Source: the human T2T-CHM13v2.0 reference genome, Homo sapiens
Direction: 5' to 3' (one strand)
Length of the DNA stretch: 64,000 nt
NCBI RefSeq assembly: GCF_009914755.1
Contig: NC_060933.1
Position 1 is the first letter of the stretch. Every line of letters starts with the position of its first letter. Below, one piece after another: positions 26,801 through 40,900 of the stretch. Both the position numbers and the translations under genes were made by a program. Below the pieces are notes generated by a model, which saw nothing but the letters and a program-made list of their open reading frames with translations, did no database searches and was not told where the DNA came from.

Positions 26801-28920
26801 TGAAGGTTTCGTTGGAAACGGGAATATCTTCATATGAAATCAAGACAGAAGCATTCTCAGAAACTTCTCTGTGATGTTTGCATTCAACTCATAGAGTTGA
26901 ACACTTCCCTTCATACAGCAGGTTTGAAACACTCTTTTTGTAATATTTGGAAGTGGACATTTGCAGCGCTTTGAGGCCTATGTTGAAAAAGGAAATATCT
27001 TCTCCTAAAAACCAGACAGAAGCATTCTCAGAAACTTCCTTGTGATGTGTGTACTCAAGTAACAGAGTTGAACCTTCCTTTTGACAGAGCAGTTTTGAAG
27101 CACTCTTTTTGTAGAATCTGCAAGTGGATATTTTGATACCTTTGAGGATTTCGTTGGACACGGGATATCTTCATATAAAATCTAGACAGAAGCATTCTCA
27201 GAAACTTCTTTGTGCTGTATGTCCTCAATTAACAGAGTTGAACCTTTGTGTGGATACAGCATTTTGGAAACATTCCTTTAGTAGAATCTGCAAGTTGATA
27301 TTTAGATAGCTAGGAAGATTTCCTTGGAAACGGGAATATCTTCATATAAAATCTAGACGGAAGCATTCTCAGAAAGTGCTTTGTGATGTTTGCATTCAAG
27401 TCACAGAGTTGAATATTCCCTTTTATAGAGCAGGTTTGAAACACTCTTTCTGCACTACCTGGAAGTGGACATTTGGAGCGCTTTGAGGCCTATGTTGAAA
27501 AAGGAAATATCTTCCCATGAAAACTAGACAGAAGCATTCTCAGAAACTTGTTTGTGATGTGTGTATTCAACTAACAGAGATGAACCTTTCTTTTTACAGA
27601 GCAGTTTTGAAACACTCTTTTTGTGGAATCTGAAAGTGGATATTTGGATAGCTTTGAGGATTTCGTTGGAAACGGGATTACATATAAAACCTAGAGAGAA
27701 GCATTCTCAGGAACTTCTTTGTGATGTTTGCCTTCAAGTCACAGGACTGAACATTCCCTTTCATAGAGCAGGTTTGAAACACTCTTTCTGTAGTATCTGC
27801 AAGCTGACGTTTCAAGCGCTTTCAGGCCTATGGTGAGAAAGGAAATATCTTCAAGTAAAAACTAGACAGAAGCATTCTCAGAAACTTATTTGCCATGTGT
27901 GTTCTCAACTAACAGAGTTGAACCTTTGTTTTGATACGGCATTTTGGAAACACTCTTTTTGTAGAATCTGCAGGTGGATATTCGGATAGCTTTGAAGGTT
28001 TCGTTGGAAACGGGAATATCTTCATATAAAATCTAGACGGAAGCATTCTCAGAAACTGCTTTGTGATGTTTGCATTCAAGTCACAGAGTAGAATGTTCCC
28101 TGTTATATACCAGGTTTGAGACACTCTTTCTGCACTACCTGGAAGTGGACATTTGCAGCGCTTTGAGGCCTATGATGAAAAAGGAAATATCTTCCCATAA
28201 AAACTAGACAGAAGCATTCTCAGAAACTTGTTTGTGATGTGTGTATTCAACTAACAGAGATGAACATTTCTTTTTACAGAGCAGTTTTGAAACACTCTTT
28301 TTGTGGAATCTGAAAGTGGATATTTGGATAGCTTTGAGGATTTCGTTGGAAACGGGATTACATATAAAATCTCGAGAGAAGCATTCTCAGGAACTTCTTT
28401 GTGATGTTTGCATTCACGTCACAGAACTGAACATTCCCTTTCATAGAGCATGTTTGAAACACTCTTTCTGTAGTATCTGCAAACGGACATTTCAAACGCT
28501 TTCAGGCCTATGGTGAGAAAGGAAATATCTTCAAATAAAAACTAGACAGAAGCATTCTCAGAAACTTATTTGCGATGTGTGTCCTCAACTAACAGAGTTG
28601 AACCTTTCTTTTGATACAACATTTTGGAAACACTCTTTTTGTAGAATCTGCAAGTGGATATTTGAATAGCTTTGAAGGTTTCGTTGGAAACGGGAATATC
28701 TTCATATAAAATCAAGACAGAAGCATTCTCAGAAACTTCTCTGTGATGTTTGCATTCAACTCATAGAGTTGAACACTTCCCTTCATACAGCAGGTTTGAA
28801 ACACTCTTTTTGTAATATTTGGAAGTGGACATTTGCAGCGCTTTGAGGCCTATGATGAAAAAGGTAATATCTTCCCATAAAAACTAGACAGAAGCATTCT
28901 CAGAAACTTGTTTGTGATGT

Positions 28921-31900
28921 GTGTATTCAACTAACAGAGATGAACCTTTCTTTTTACAGAGCAGTTTTGAAACACTCTTTTTGTGGAATCTGAAAGTGGA
29001 TATTTGGATAGCTTTGCGGATTTCGTTGGAAACGGGATTACATATAAAATCTAGGGAGAAGCATTCTCAGGAACTTCTTTGTGATGTTTGCATTCAAGTC
29101 ACAGAACTGAACATTCCCTTTCATAGAGCAGGTTTGAAACACTCTTTCTGTAGTATCTGCAAGCGGACGTTTTAAGCCCTTTCAGGCCTGTGGTGAGAAA
29201 GGAAATATCTTCAAATAAAAACTAGACAGAAGCATTCTCAGAAACTTATTTGCGATGTGTGTCCTCAACTAACAGAGTTGAACCTTTCTTTTGATACAAC
29301 ATTTTGGAAACACTCTTTTTGTAGAATCTGCAAGTGGATATTTGGATAGCTTTGAAGGTTTCGTTGGAAACGGGAATATCTTCATATGAAATCAAGACAG
29401 AAGCATTCTCAGAAACTTCTCTGTGATGTTTGCATTCAACTCATAGAGTTGAACACTTCCCTTCATACAGCAGGTTTGAAACACTCTTTTTGTAATATTT
29501 GGAAGTGGACATTTGCAGCGCTTTGAGGCCTATGTTGAAAAAGGAAATATCTTCTCCTAAAAACCAGACAGAAGCATTCTCAGAAACTTCCTTGTGATGT
29601 GTGTACTCAAGTAACAGAGTTGAACCTTCATTTTGACAGAGCAGTTTTGAAGCACTCTTTTTGTAGAATCTGCAAGTGGATATTTTGATACCTTTGAGGA
29701 TTTCGTTGGACACGGGATATCTTCATATAAAATCTAGACAGAAGCATTCTCAGAAACTTCTTTGTGCTGTATGTCCTCAATTAACAGAGTTGAACCTTTG
29801 TGTGGATACAGCATTTTGGAAACATTCCTTTAGTAGAATCTGCAAGTTGATATTTAGATAGCTAGGAAGATTTCCTTGGAAACGGGAATATCTTCATATA
29901 AAATCTAGACGGAAGCATTCTCAGAAAGTGCTTTGTGATGTTTGCATTCAAGTCACAGAGTTGAATATTCCCTTTTATAGAGCAGGTTTGAAACACTCTT
30001 TCTGCACTACCTGGAAGTGGACATTTGGAGCGCTTTGAGGCCTATGTTGAAAAAGGAAATATCTTCCCATAAAAACTAGACAGAAGCATTCTCAGAAACT
30101 TGTTTGTGATGTGTGTATTCAACTAACAGAGATGAACCTTTCTTTTTACAGAGCAGTTTTGAAACACTCTTTTTGTGGAATCTGAAAGTGGATATTTGGA
30201 TAGCTTTGAGGATTTCGTTGGAAACGGGATTACATATAAAACCTAGAGAGAAGCATTCTCAGGAACTTCTTTGTGATGTTTGCCTTCAAGTCACAGGACT
30301 GAACATTCCCTTTCATAGAGCAGGTTTGAAACACTCTTTCTGTAGTATCTGCAAGCTGACGTTTCAAGCGCTTTCAGGCCTATGGTGAGAAAGGAAATAT
30401 CTTCAAGTAAAAACTAGACAGAAGCATTCTCAGAAACTTATTTGCCATGTGTGTTCTCAACTAACAGAGTTGAACCTTTGTTTTGATACGGCATTTTGGA
30501 AACACTCTTTTTGTAGTATCTGCAGGTGGATATTCGGATAGCTTTGAAGGTTTCGTTGGAAACGGGAATATCTTCATATAAAATCTAGACGGAAGCATTC
30601 TCAGAAACTGCTTTGTGATGTTTTCATTCAAGTCACAGAGTAGAATGTTCCCTGTTATATACCAGGTTTGAGACACTCTTTCTGCACTACCTGGAAGTGG
30701 ACGTTTGGAGCGCTTTGAGGCCTATGTTGAAAAAGGAAATATCTTCCCATAAAAACTAGACAGAAGCATTCTCAGAAACTTGTTTGTGATGTGTGTATTC
30801 AACTAACAGAGATGAACCTTTCTTTTTACAGAGCAGTTTTGAAACACTCTTTTTGTGGAATCTGAAAGTGGATATTTGGATAGCTTTGAGGATTTCGTTG
30901 GAAACGGGATTACATATAAAACCTAGAGAGAAGCATTCTCAGGAACTTCTTTGTGATGTTTGCATTCAAGTCACAGAACTGAACATTCCCTTTCATAGAG
31001 CAGGTTTGAAACACTCTTTCTGTAGTATCTGCAAGCTGACGTTTCAAGCGCTTTCAGGCCTATGGTGAGAAAGGAAATATCTTCAAGTAAAAACTAGACA
31101 GAAGCATTCTCAGAAACTTATTTGCGATGTGTGTTCTCAACTAACAGAGTTGAACCTTTGTTTTGATATGGCATTTTGGAAACACTCTTTTTGTAGAATC
31201 TGCAGGTGGATATTCGGATAGCTTTGAAGGTTTCGTTGGAAACGGGAATATCTTCATATAAAATCTAGACGGAAGCATTCTCAGAAACTGCTTTGTGATG
31301 TTTTCATTCAAGTCACACAGTAGAATGTTCCCTGTTATATACCAGGTTTGAGACACTCTTTCTGCACTACCTGGAAGTGGACATTTGCAGCGCTTTGAGG
31401 CCTATGATGAAAAAGGAAATATCTTCCCATAAAAACTAGACAGAAGCATTCTCAGAAACTTGTTTTTGATGTGTGTATTCAACTAACAGAGATGAACCTT
31501 TCTTTTTACAGAGCAGTTTTGAAACACTCTTTTTGTGGAATCTGAAAGTGGATATTTGGATAGCTTTGAGGATTTCGTTGGAAACGGGATTAAATATAAA
31601 ATTTAGAGAGAAGCATTCTCAGGAACTTCTTTGTGATGTTTGCATTCACGTCACAGAACTGAACATTCCCTTTCATAGAGCATGTTTGAAACACTCTTTC
31701 TGTAGTATCTGCAAACGGACATTTCAAACGCTTTCAGGCCTATGGTGAGAAAGGAAATATCTTCAAATAAAAACTAGACAGAAGCATTCTCAGAAACTTA
31801 TTTGCGATGTGTGTCCTCAACTAACAGAGTTGAACCTTTCTTTTGATACAACATTTTGGAAACACTCTTTTTGTAGAATCTGCAAGTGGATATTTGAATA

Positions 31901-34900
31901 GCTTTGAAGGTTTCGTTGGAAACGGGAATATCTTCATATAAAATCAAGACAGAAGCATTCTCAGAAACTTCTCTGTGATGTTTGCATTCAACTCATAGAG
32001 TTGAACACTTCCCTTCATACAGCAGGTTTGAAACACTCTTTTTGTAATATTTGGAAGTGGACATTTGCAGCGCTTTGAGGCCTATGATGAAAAAGGTAAT
32101 ATCTTCCCATAAAAACTAGACAGAAGCATTCTCAGAAACTTGTTTGTGATGTGTGTATTCAACTAACAGAGATGAACCTTTCTTTTTACAGAGCAGTTTT
32201 GAAACACTCTTTTTGTGGAATCTGAAAGTGGATATTTGGATAGCTTTGAGGATTTCGTTGGAAACGGGATTACATATAAAACCTAGAGAGAAGCATTCTC
32301 AGGAACATCTTTGCGATGTTTGCATTCAAGTCACAGAACTGAACATTCCCTTTCATAGAGCAGGTTTGAAACACTCTTTCTGTAGTATCTGCAAGCTGAC
32401 GTTTCAAGCGCTTTCAGGCCTATGGTGAGAAAGGAAATTTCTTCAAGTAAAAACTAGACAGAAGCATTCTCAGAAACTTATTTGCGATGTGTGTTCTCAA
32501 CTAACAGAGTTGAACCTTTGTTTTGATATGGCATTTTGGAAACACTCTTTTTGTAGAATCTGCAGGTGGATATTCGGATAGCTTTGAAGGTTTCGTTGGA
32601 AACGGGAATATCTTCATATAAAATCTAGACGGAAGCATTCTCAGAAACTGCTTTGTGATGTTTTCATTCAAGTCACAGAGTAGAATGTTCCCTGTTATAT
32701 ACCAGGTTTGAGACACTCTTTCTGCACTACATGGAAGTGGACGTTTGGAGCGCTTTGAGGCCTATGTTGAAAAAGGAAATATCTTCCCATAAAAACTAGA
32801 CAGAAGCATTCTCAGAAACTTGTTTGTGATGTGTGTATTCAACTAACAGAGATGAACCTTTCTTTTTACAGAGCAGTTTTGAAACACTCTTTTTGTGGAA
32901 TCTGAAAGTGGATATTTGGATAGCTTTGAGGATTTCGTTGGAAACGGGATTACATATAAAATCTAGAGAGAAGCATTCTCAGGAACTTCTTTGTGATGTT
33001 TGCATTCACGTCACAGAACTGAACATTCCCTTTCATAGAGCATGTTTGAAACACTCTTTCTGTAGTATCTGCAAACGGACATTTCAAACGCTTTCAGGCC
33101 TATGGTGAGAAAGGAAATATCTTCAAATAAAAACTAGACAGAAGCATTCTCAGAAACTTATTTGCGATGTGTGTCCTCAACTATCAGAGTTGAACCTTTC
33201 TTTTGATACAACATTTTGGAACCACTCTTTTTGTAGAATCTGCAAGTGGATATTTGAATAGCTTTGAAGGTTTCGTTGGAAACGGGAATATCTTCATATA
33301 AAATCAAGACAGAAGCATTCTCAGAAACTTCTCTGTGATGTTTGCATTCAACTCATAGAGTTGAACACTTCCCTTCATACAGCAGGTTTGAAACACTCTT
33401 TTTGTAATATTTGGAAGTGGACATTTGCAGCGCTTTGAGGCCTATGATGAAAAAGGAAATATCTTCCCATAAAAACTAGACAGAAGCATTCTCAGAAACT
33501 TGTTTGTGATGTGTGTATTCAACTAACAGAGATGAACCTTTCTGTTTACAGAGCAGTTTTGAAACACTCTTTTTGTGGAATCTGAAAGTGGATATTTGGA
33601 TAGCTTTGCGGATTTCGTTGGAAACGGGATTACATATAAAATCTAGGGAGAAGCATTCTCAGGAACTTCTTTGTGATGTTTGCATTCAAGTCACAGAACT
33701 GAACATTCCCTTTCATAGAGCAGGTTTGAAACACTCTTTCTGTAGTATCTGCAAGCGGACGTTTTAAGCGCTTTCAGGCCTGTGGTGAGAAAGGAAATAT
33801 CTTCAAATAAAAACTAGACAGAAGCATTCTCAGAAACTTATTTGCGATGTGTGTCCTCAACTAACAGAGTTGAACCTTTCTTTTGATACAACATTTTGGA
33901 AACACTCTTTTTGTAGAATCTGCAAGTGGATATTTGGATAGCTTTGAAGGTTTCGTTGGAAACGGGAATATCTTCATATGAAATCAAGACAGAAGCATTC
34001 TCAGAAACTTCTCTGTGATGTTTGCATTCAACTCATAGAGTTGAACACTTCCCTTCATACAGCAGGTTTGAAACACTCTTTTTCTAATATTTGGAAGTGG
34101 ACATTTGCAGCGCTTTGAGGCCTATGTTGAAAAAGGAAATATCTTCTCCTAAAAACCAGACAGAAGCATTCTCAGAAACTTCCTTGTGATGTGTGTACTC
34201 AAGTAACAGAGTTGAACCTTCCTTTTGACAGAGCAGTTTTGAAGCACTCTTTTTGTAGAATCTGCAAGTGGATATTTTGATACCTTTGAGGATTTCGTTG
34301 GACACGGGATATCTTCATATAAAATCTAGACAGAAGCATTCTCAGAAACTTCTTTGTGCTGTATGTCCTCAATTAACAGAGTTGAACCTTTGTGTGGATA
34401 CAGCATTTTGGAAACATTCCTTTAGTAGAATCTGCAAGTTGATATTTAGATAGCTAGGAAGATTTCCTTGGAAACGGGAATATCTTCATATAAAATCTAG
34501 ACGGAAGCATTCTCAGAAAGTGCTTTGTGATGTTTGCATTCAAGTCACAGAGTTGAATATTCCCTTTTATAGAGCAGGTTTGAAACACTCTTTCTGCACT
34601 ACCTGGAAGTGGACATTTGGAGCGCTTTGAGGCCTATGTTGAAAAAGGAAATATCTTCCCATAAAAACTAGACAGAAGCATTCTCAGAAACTTGTTTGTG
34701 ATGTGTGTATTCAACTAACAGAGATGAACCTTTCTTTTTACAGAGCAGTTTTGAAACACTCTTTTTGTGGAATCTGAAAGTGGATATTTGGATAGCTTTG
34801 AGGATTTCGTTGGAAACGGGATTACATATAAAACCTAGAGAGAAGCATTCTCAGGAACTTCTTTGTGATGTTTGCATTCAAGTCACAGAACTGAACATTC

Positions 34901-37900
34901 CCTTTCATAGAGCAGGTTTGAAACACTCTTTCTGTAGTATCTGCAAGCTGACGTTTCAAGCGCTTTCAGGCCTATGGTGAGAAAGGAAATATCTTCAAGT
35001 AAAAACTAGACAGAAGCATTCTCAGAAACTTATTTGCGATGTGTGTTCTCAACTAACAGAGTTGAACCTTTGTTTTGATATGGCATTTTGGAAACACTCT
35101 TTTTGTAGAATCTGCAGGTGGATATTCGGATAGCTTTGAAGGTTTCGTTGGAAACGGGAATATCTTCATATAAAATCTAGACGGAAGCATTCTCAGAAAC
35201 TGCTTTGTGATGTTTTCATTCAAGTCACAGAGTAGAATGTTCCCTGTTATATACCAGGTTAGAGACACTCTTTCTGCACTACCTGGAAGTGGACATTTGC
35301 AGCGCTTTGAGGCCTATGATGAAAAAGGAAATATCTTCCCATAAAAACTAGACAGAAGCATTCTCAGAAACTTGTTTTTGATGTGTGTATTCAACTAACA
35401 GAGATGAACCTTTCTTTTTACAGAGCAGTTTTGAAACACTCTTTTTGTGGAATCTGAAAGTGGATATTTGGATAGCTTTGAGGATTTCGTTGGAAACGGG
35501 ATTACATATAAAATCTAGAGAGAAGCATTCTCAGGAACTTCTTTGTGATGTTTGCATTCACGTCACAGAACTGAACATTCCCTTTCATAGAGCATGTTTG
35601 AAACACTCTTTCTGTAGTATCTGCAAACGGACATTTCAAACGCTTTCAGGCCTATGGTGAGAAAGGAAATATCTTCAAATAAAAACTAGACAGAAGCATT
35701 CTCAGAAACTTATTTGCGATGTGTGTCCTCAACTAACAGAGTTGAACCTTTCTTTTGATACAACATTTTGGAAACACTCTTTTTGTAGAATCTGCAAGTG
35801 GATATTTGAATAGCTTTGAAGGTTTCGTTGGAAACGGGAATATCTTCATATAAAATCAAGACAGAAGCATTCTCAGAAACTTCTCTGTGATGTTTGCATT
35901 CAACTCATAGAGTTGAACACTTCCCTTCATACAGCAGGTTTGAAACACTCTTTTTGTAATATTTGGAAGTGGACATTTGCAGCGCTTTGAGGCCTATGAT
36001 GAAAAAGGAAATATCTTCCCATAAAAACTAGACAGAAGCATTCTCAGAAACTTGTTTGTGATGTGTGTATTCAACTAACAGAGATGAACCTTTCTTTTTA
36101 CAGAGCAGTTTTGAAACACTCTTTTTGTGGAATCTGAAAGTGGATATTTGGATAGCTTTGCGGATTTCGTTGGAAACGGGATTACATATAAAATCTAGGG
36201 AGAAGCATTCTCAGGAACTTCTTTGTGATGTTTGCATTCAAGTCACAGAACTGAACATTCCCTTTCATAGAGCAGGTTTGAAACACTCTTTCTGTAGTAT
36301 CTGCAAGCGGACGTTTTAAGCGCTTTCAGGCCTGTGGTGAGAAAGGAAATATCTTCAAATAAAAACTAGACAGAAGCATTCTCAGAAACTTATTTGCGAT
36401 GTGTGTCCTCAACTAACAGAGTTGAACCTTTCTTTTGATACAACATTTTGGAAACACTCTTTTTGTAGAATCTGCAAGTGAATATTTGGATAGCTTTGAA
36501 GGTTTCGTTGGAAACGGGAATATCTTCATATGAAATCAAGACAGAAGCATTCTCAGAAACTTCTCTGTGATGTTTGCATTCAACTCATAGAGTTGAACAC
36601 TTCCCTTCATACAGCAGGTTTGAAACACTCTTTTTCTAATATTTGGAAGTGGACATTTGCAGCGCTTTGAGGCCTATGTTGAAAAAGGAAATATCTTCTC
36701 CTAAAAACCAGACAGAAGCATTCTCAGAAACTTCCTTGTGATGTGTGTACTCAAGTAACAGAGTTGAACCTTCCTTTTGACAGAGCAGTTTTGAAGCACT
36801 CTTTTTGTAGAATCTGCAAGTGGATATTTTGATACCTTTGAGGATTTCGTTGGACACGGGATATCTTCATATAAAATCTAGACAGAAGCATTCTCAGAAA
36901 CTTCTTTGTGCTGTATGTCCTCAATTAACAGAGTTGAACCTTTGTGTGGATACAGCATTTTGGAAACATTCCTTTAGTAGAATCTGCAAGTTGATATTTA
37001 GATAGCTAGGAAGATTTCCTTGGAAACGGGAATATCTTCATATAAAATCTAGACGGAAGCATTCTCAGAAAGTGCTTTGTGATGTTTGCATTCAAGTCAC
37101 AGAGTTGAATATTCCCTTTTATAGAGCAGGTTTGAAACACTCTTTCTGCACTACCTGGAAGTGGACATTTGGAGCGCTTTGAGGCCTATGTTGAAAAAGG
37201 AAATATCTTCCCATAAAAACTAGACAGAAGCATTCTCAGAAACTTGTTTGTGATGTGTGTATTCAACTAACAGAGATGAACCTTTCTTTTTACAGAGCAG
37301 TTTTGAAACACTCTTTTTGTGGAATCTGAAAGTGGATATTTGGATAGCTTTGAGGATTTCGTTGGAAACGGGATTACATATAAAACCTAGAGAGAAGCAT
37401 TCTCAGGAACTTCTTTGTGATGTTTGCCTTCAAGTCACAGGACTGAACATTCCCTTTCATAGAGCAGGTTTGAAACACTCTTTCTGTAGTATCTGCAAGC
37501 TGACGTTTCAAGCGCTTTCAGGCCTATGGTGAGAAAGGAAATATCTTCAAGTAAAAACTAGACAGAAGCATTCTCAGAAACTTATTTGAGATGTGTGTTC
37601 TCAACTAACAGAGTTGAACCTTTGTTTTGATATGGCATTTTGGAAACACTCTTTTTGTAGAATCTGCAGGTGGATATTCGGATAGCTTTGAAGGTTTCGT
37701 TGGAAACGGGAATATCTTCATATAAAATCTAGACGGAAGCATTCTCAGAAACTGCTTTGTGATGTTTTCATTCAAGTCACAGAGTAGAATGTTCCCTGTT
37801 ATATACCAGGTTAGAGACACTCTTTCTGCACTACCTGGAAGTGGACATTTGCAGCGCTTTGAGGCCTATGATGAAAAAGGAAATATCTTCCCATAAAAAC

Positions 37901-40900
37901 TAGACAGAAGCATTCTCAGAAACTTGTTTGTGATGTGTGTATTCAACTAACAGAGATGAACCTTTCTTTTTACAGAGCAGTTTTGAAACACTCTTTTTGT
38001 GGAATCTGAAAGTGGATATTTGGATAGCTTTGAGGATTTCGTTGGAAACGGGATTACATATAAAATCTAGAGAGAAGCATTCTCAGGAACTTCTTTGTGA
38101 TGTTTGCATTCACGTCACAGAACTGAACATTCCCTTTCATAGAGCATGTTTGAAACACTCTTTCTGTAGTATCTGCAAGCGGACGTTTTAAGCGCTTTCA
38201 AGCCTGTGGTGAGAAAGGAAATATCTTCAAATAAAAACTAGACAGAAGCATTCTCAGAAACTTATTTGCGATGTGTGTCCTCAACTAACAGAGTTGAACC
38301 TTTCTTTTGATACAACATTTTGGAAACACTCTTTTTGTAGAATCTGCAAGTGGATATTTGGATAGCTTTGAAGGTTTCGTTGGAAACGGGAATATCTTCA
38401 TATGAAATCAAGACAGAAGCATTCTCAGAAACTTCTCTGTGATGTTTGCATTCAACTCATAGAGTTGAACACTTCCCTTCATACAGCAGGTTTGAAACAC
38501 TCTTTTTCTAATATTTGGAAGTGGACATTTGCAGCGCTTTGAGGCCTATGTTGAAAAAGGAAATATCTTCTCCTAAAAACCAGACAGAAGCATTCTCAGA
38601 AACTTCCTTGTGATGTGTGTACTCAAGTAACAGAGTTGAACCTTCCTTTTGACAGAGCAGATTTGAAGCACTCTTTTTGTAGAATCTGCAAGTGGATATT
38701 TTGATACCTTTGAGGATTTCGTTGGACACGGGATATCTTCATATAAAATCTAGACAGAAGCATTCTCAGAAACTTCTTTGTGCTGTATGTCCTCAATTAA
38801 CAGAGTTGAACCTTTGTGTGGATACAGCATTTTGGAAACATTCCTTTAGTAGAATCTGCAAGTTGATATTTAGATAGCTAGGAAGATTTCCTTGGAAACG
38901 GGAATATCTTCATATAAAATCTAGACGGAAGCATTCTCAGAAAGTGCTTTGTGATGTTTGCATTCAAGTCACAGAGTTGAATATTCCCTTTTATAGAGCA
39001 GGTTTGAAACACTCTTTCTGCACTACCTGGAAGTGGACATTTGGAGCGCTTTGAGGCCTATGTTGAAAAAGGAAATATCTTCCCATAAAAACTAGACAGA
39101 AGCATTCTCAGAAACTTGTTTGTGATGTGTGTATTCAACTAACAGAGATGAACCTTTCTTTTTACAGAGCAGTTTTGAAACACTCTTTTTGTGGAATCTG
39201 AAAGTGGATATTTGGATAGCTTTGCGGATTTCGTTGGAAACGGGATTACATATAAAATCTAGGGAGAAGCATTCTCAGGAACTTCTTTGTGATGTTTGCA
39301 TTCAAGTCACAGAACTGAACATTCCCTTTCATAGAGCAGGTTTGAAACACTCTTTCTGTAGTATCTGCAAGCGGACGTTTTAAGCCCTTTCAGGCCTGTG
39401 GTGAGAAAGGAAATATCTTCAAATAAAAACTAGACAGAAGCATTCTCAGAAACTTATTTGCGATGTGTGTCCTCAACTAACAGAGTTGAACCTTTCTTTT
39501 GATACAACATTTTGGAAACACTCTTTTTGTAGAATCTGCAAGTGGATATTTGGATAGCTTTGAAGGTTTCGTTGGAAACGGGAATATCTTCATATGAAAT
39601 CAAGACAGAAGCATTCTCAGAAACTTCTCTGTGATGTTTGCATTCAACTCATAGAGTTGAACACTTCCCTTCATACAGCAGGTTTGAAACACTCTTTTTG
39701 TAATATTTGGAAGTGGACATTTGCAGCGCTTTGAGGCCTATGTTGAAAAAGGAAATATCTTCTCCTAAAAACCAGACAGAAGCATTCTCAGAAACTTCCT
39801 TGTGATGTGTGTACTCAAGTAACAGAGTTGAACCTTCATTTTGACAGAGCAGTTTTGAAGCACTCTTTTTGTAGAATCTGCAAGTGGATATTTTGATACC
39901 TTTGAGGATTTCGTTGGACACGGGATATCTTCATATAAAATCTAGACAGAAGCATTCTCAGAAACTTCTTTGTGCTGTATGTCCTCAATTAACAGAGTTG
40001 AACCTTTGTGTGGATACAGCATTTTGGAAACATTCCTTTAGTAGAATCTGCAAGTTGATATTTAGATAGCTAGGAAGATTTCCTTGGAAACGGGAATATC
40101 TTCATATAAAATCTAGACGGAAGCATTCTCAGAAAGTGCTTTGTGATGTTTGCATTCAAGTCACAGAGTTGAATATTCCCTTTTATAGAGCAGGTTTGAA
40201 ACACTCTTTCTGCACTACCTGGAAGTGGACATTTGGAGCGCTTTGAGGCCTATGTTGAAAAAGGAAATATCTTCCCATAAAAACTAGACAGAAGCATTCT
40301 CAGAAACTTGTTTGTGATGTGTGTATTCAACTAACAGAGATGAACCTTTCTTTTTACAGAGCAGTTTTGAAACACTCTTTTTGTGGAATCTGAAAGTGGA
40401 TATTTGGATAGCTTTGAGGATTTCGTTGGAAACGGGATTACATATAAAACCTAGAGAGAAGCATTCTCAGGAACTTCTTTGTGATGTTTGCCTTCAAGTC
40501 ACAGGACTGAACATTCCCTTTCATAGAGCAGGTTTGAAACACTCTTTCTGTAGTATCTGCAAGCTGACGTTTCAAGCGCTTTCAGGCCTATGGTGAGAAA
40601 GGAAATATCTTCAAGTAAAAACTAGACAGAAGCATTCTCAGAAACTTATTTGCCATGTGTGTTCTCAACTAACAGAGTTGAACCTTTGTTTTGATACGGC
40701 ATTTTGGAAACACTCTTTTTGTAGTATCTGCAGGTGGATATTCGGATAGCTTTGAAGGTTTCGTTGGAAACGGGAATATCTTCATATAAAATCTAGACGG
40801 AAGCATTCTCAGAAACTGCTTTGTGATGTTTTCATTCAAGTCACAGAGTAGAATGTTCCCTGTTATATACCAGGTTTGAGACACTCTTTCTGCACTACCT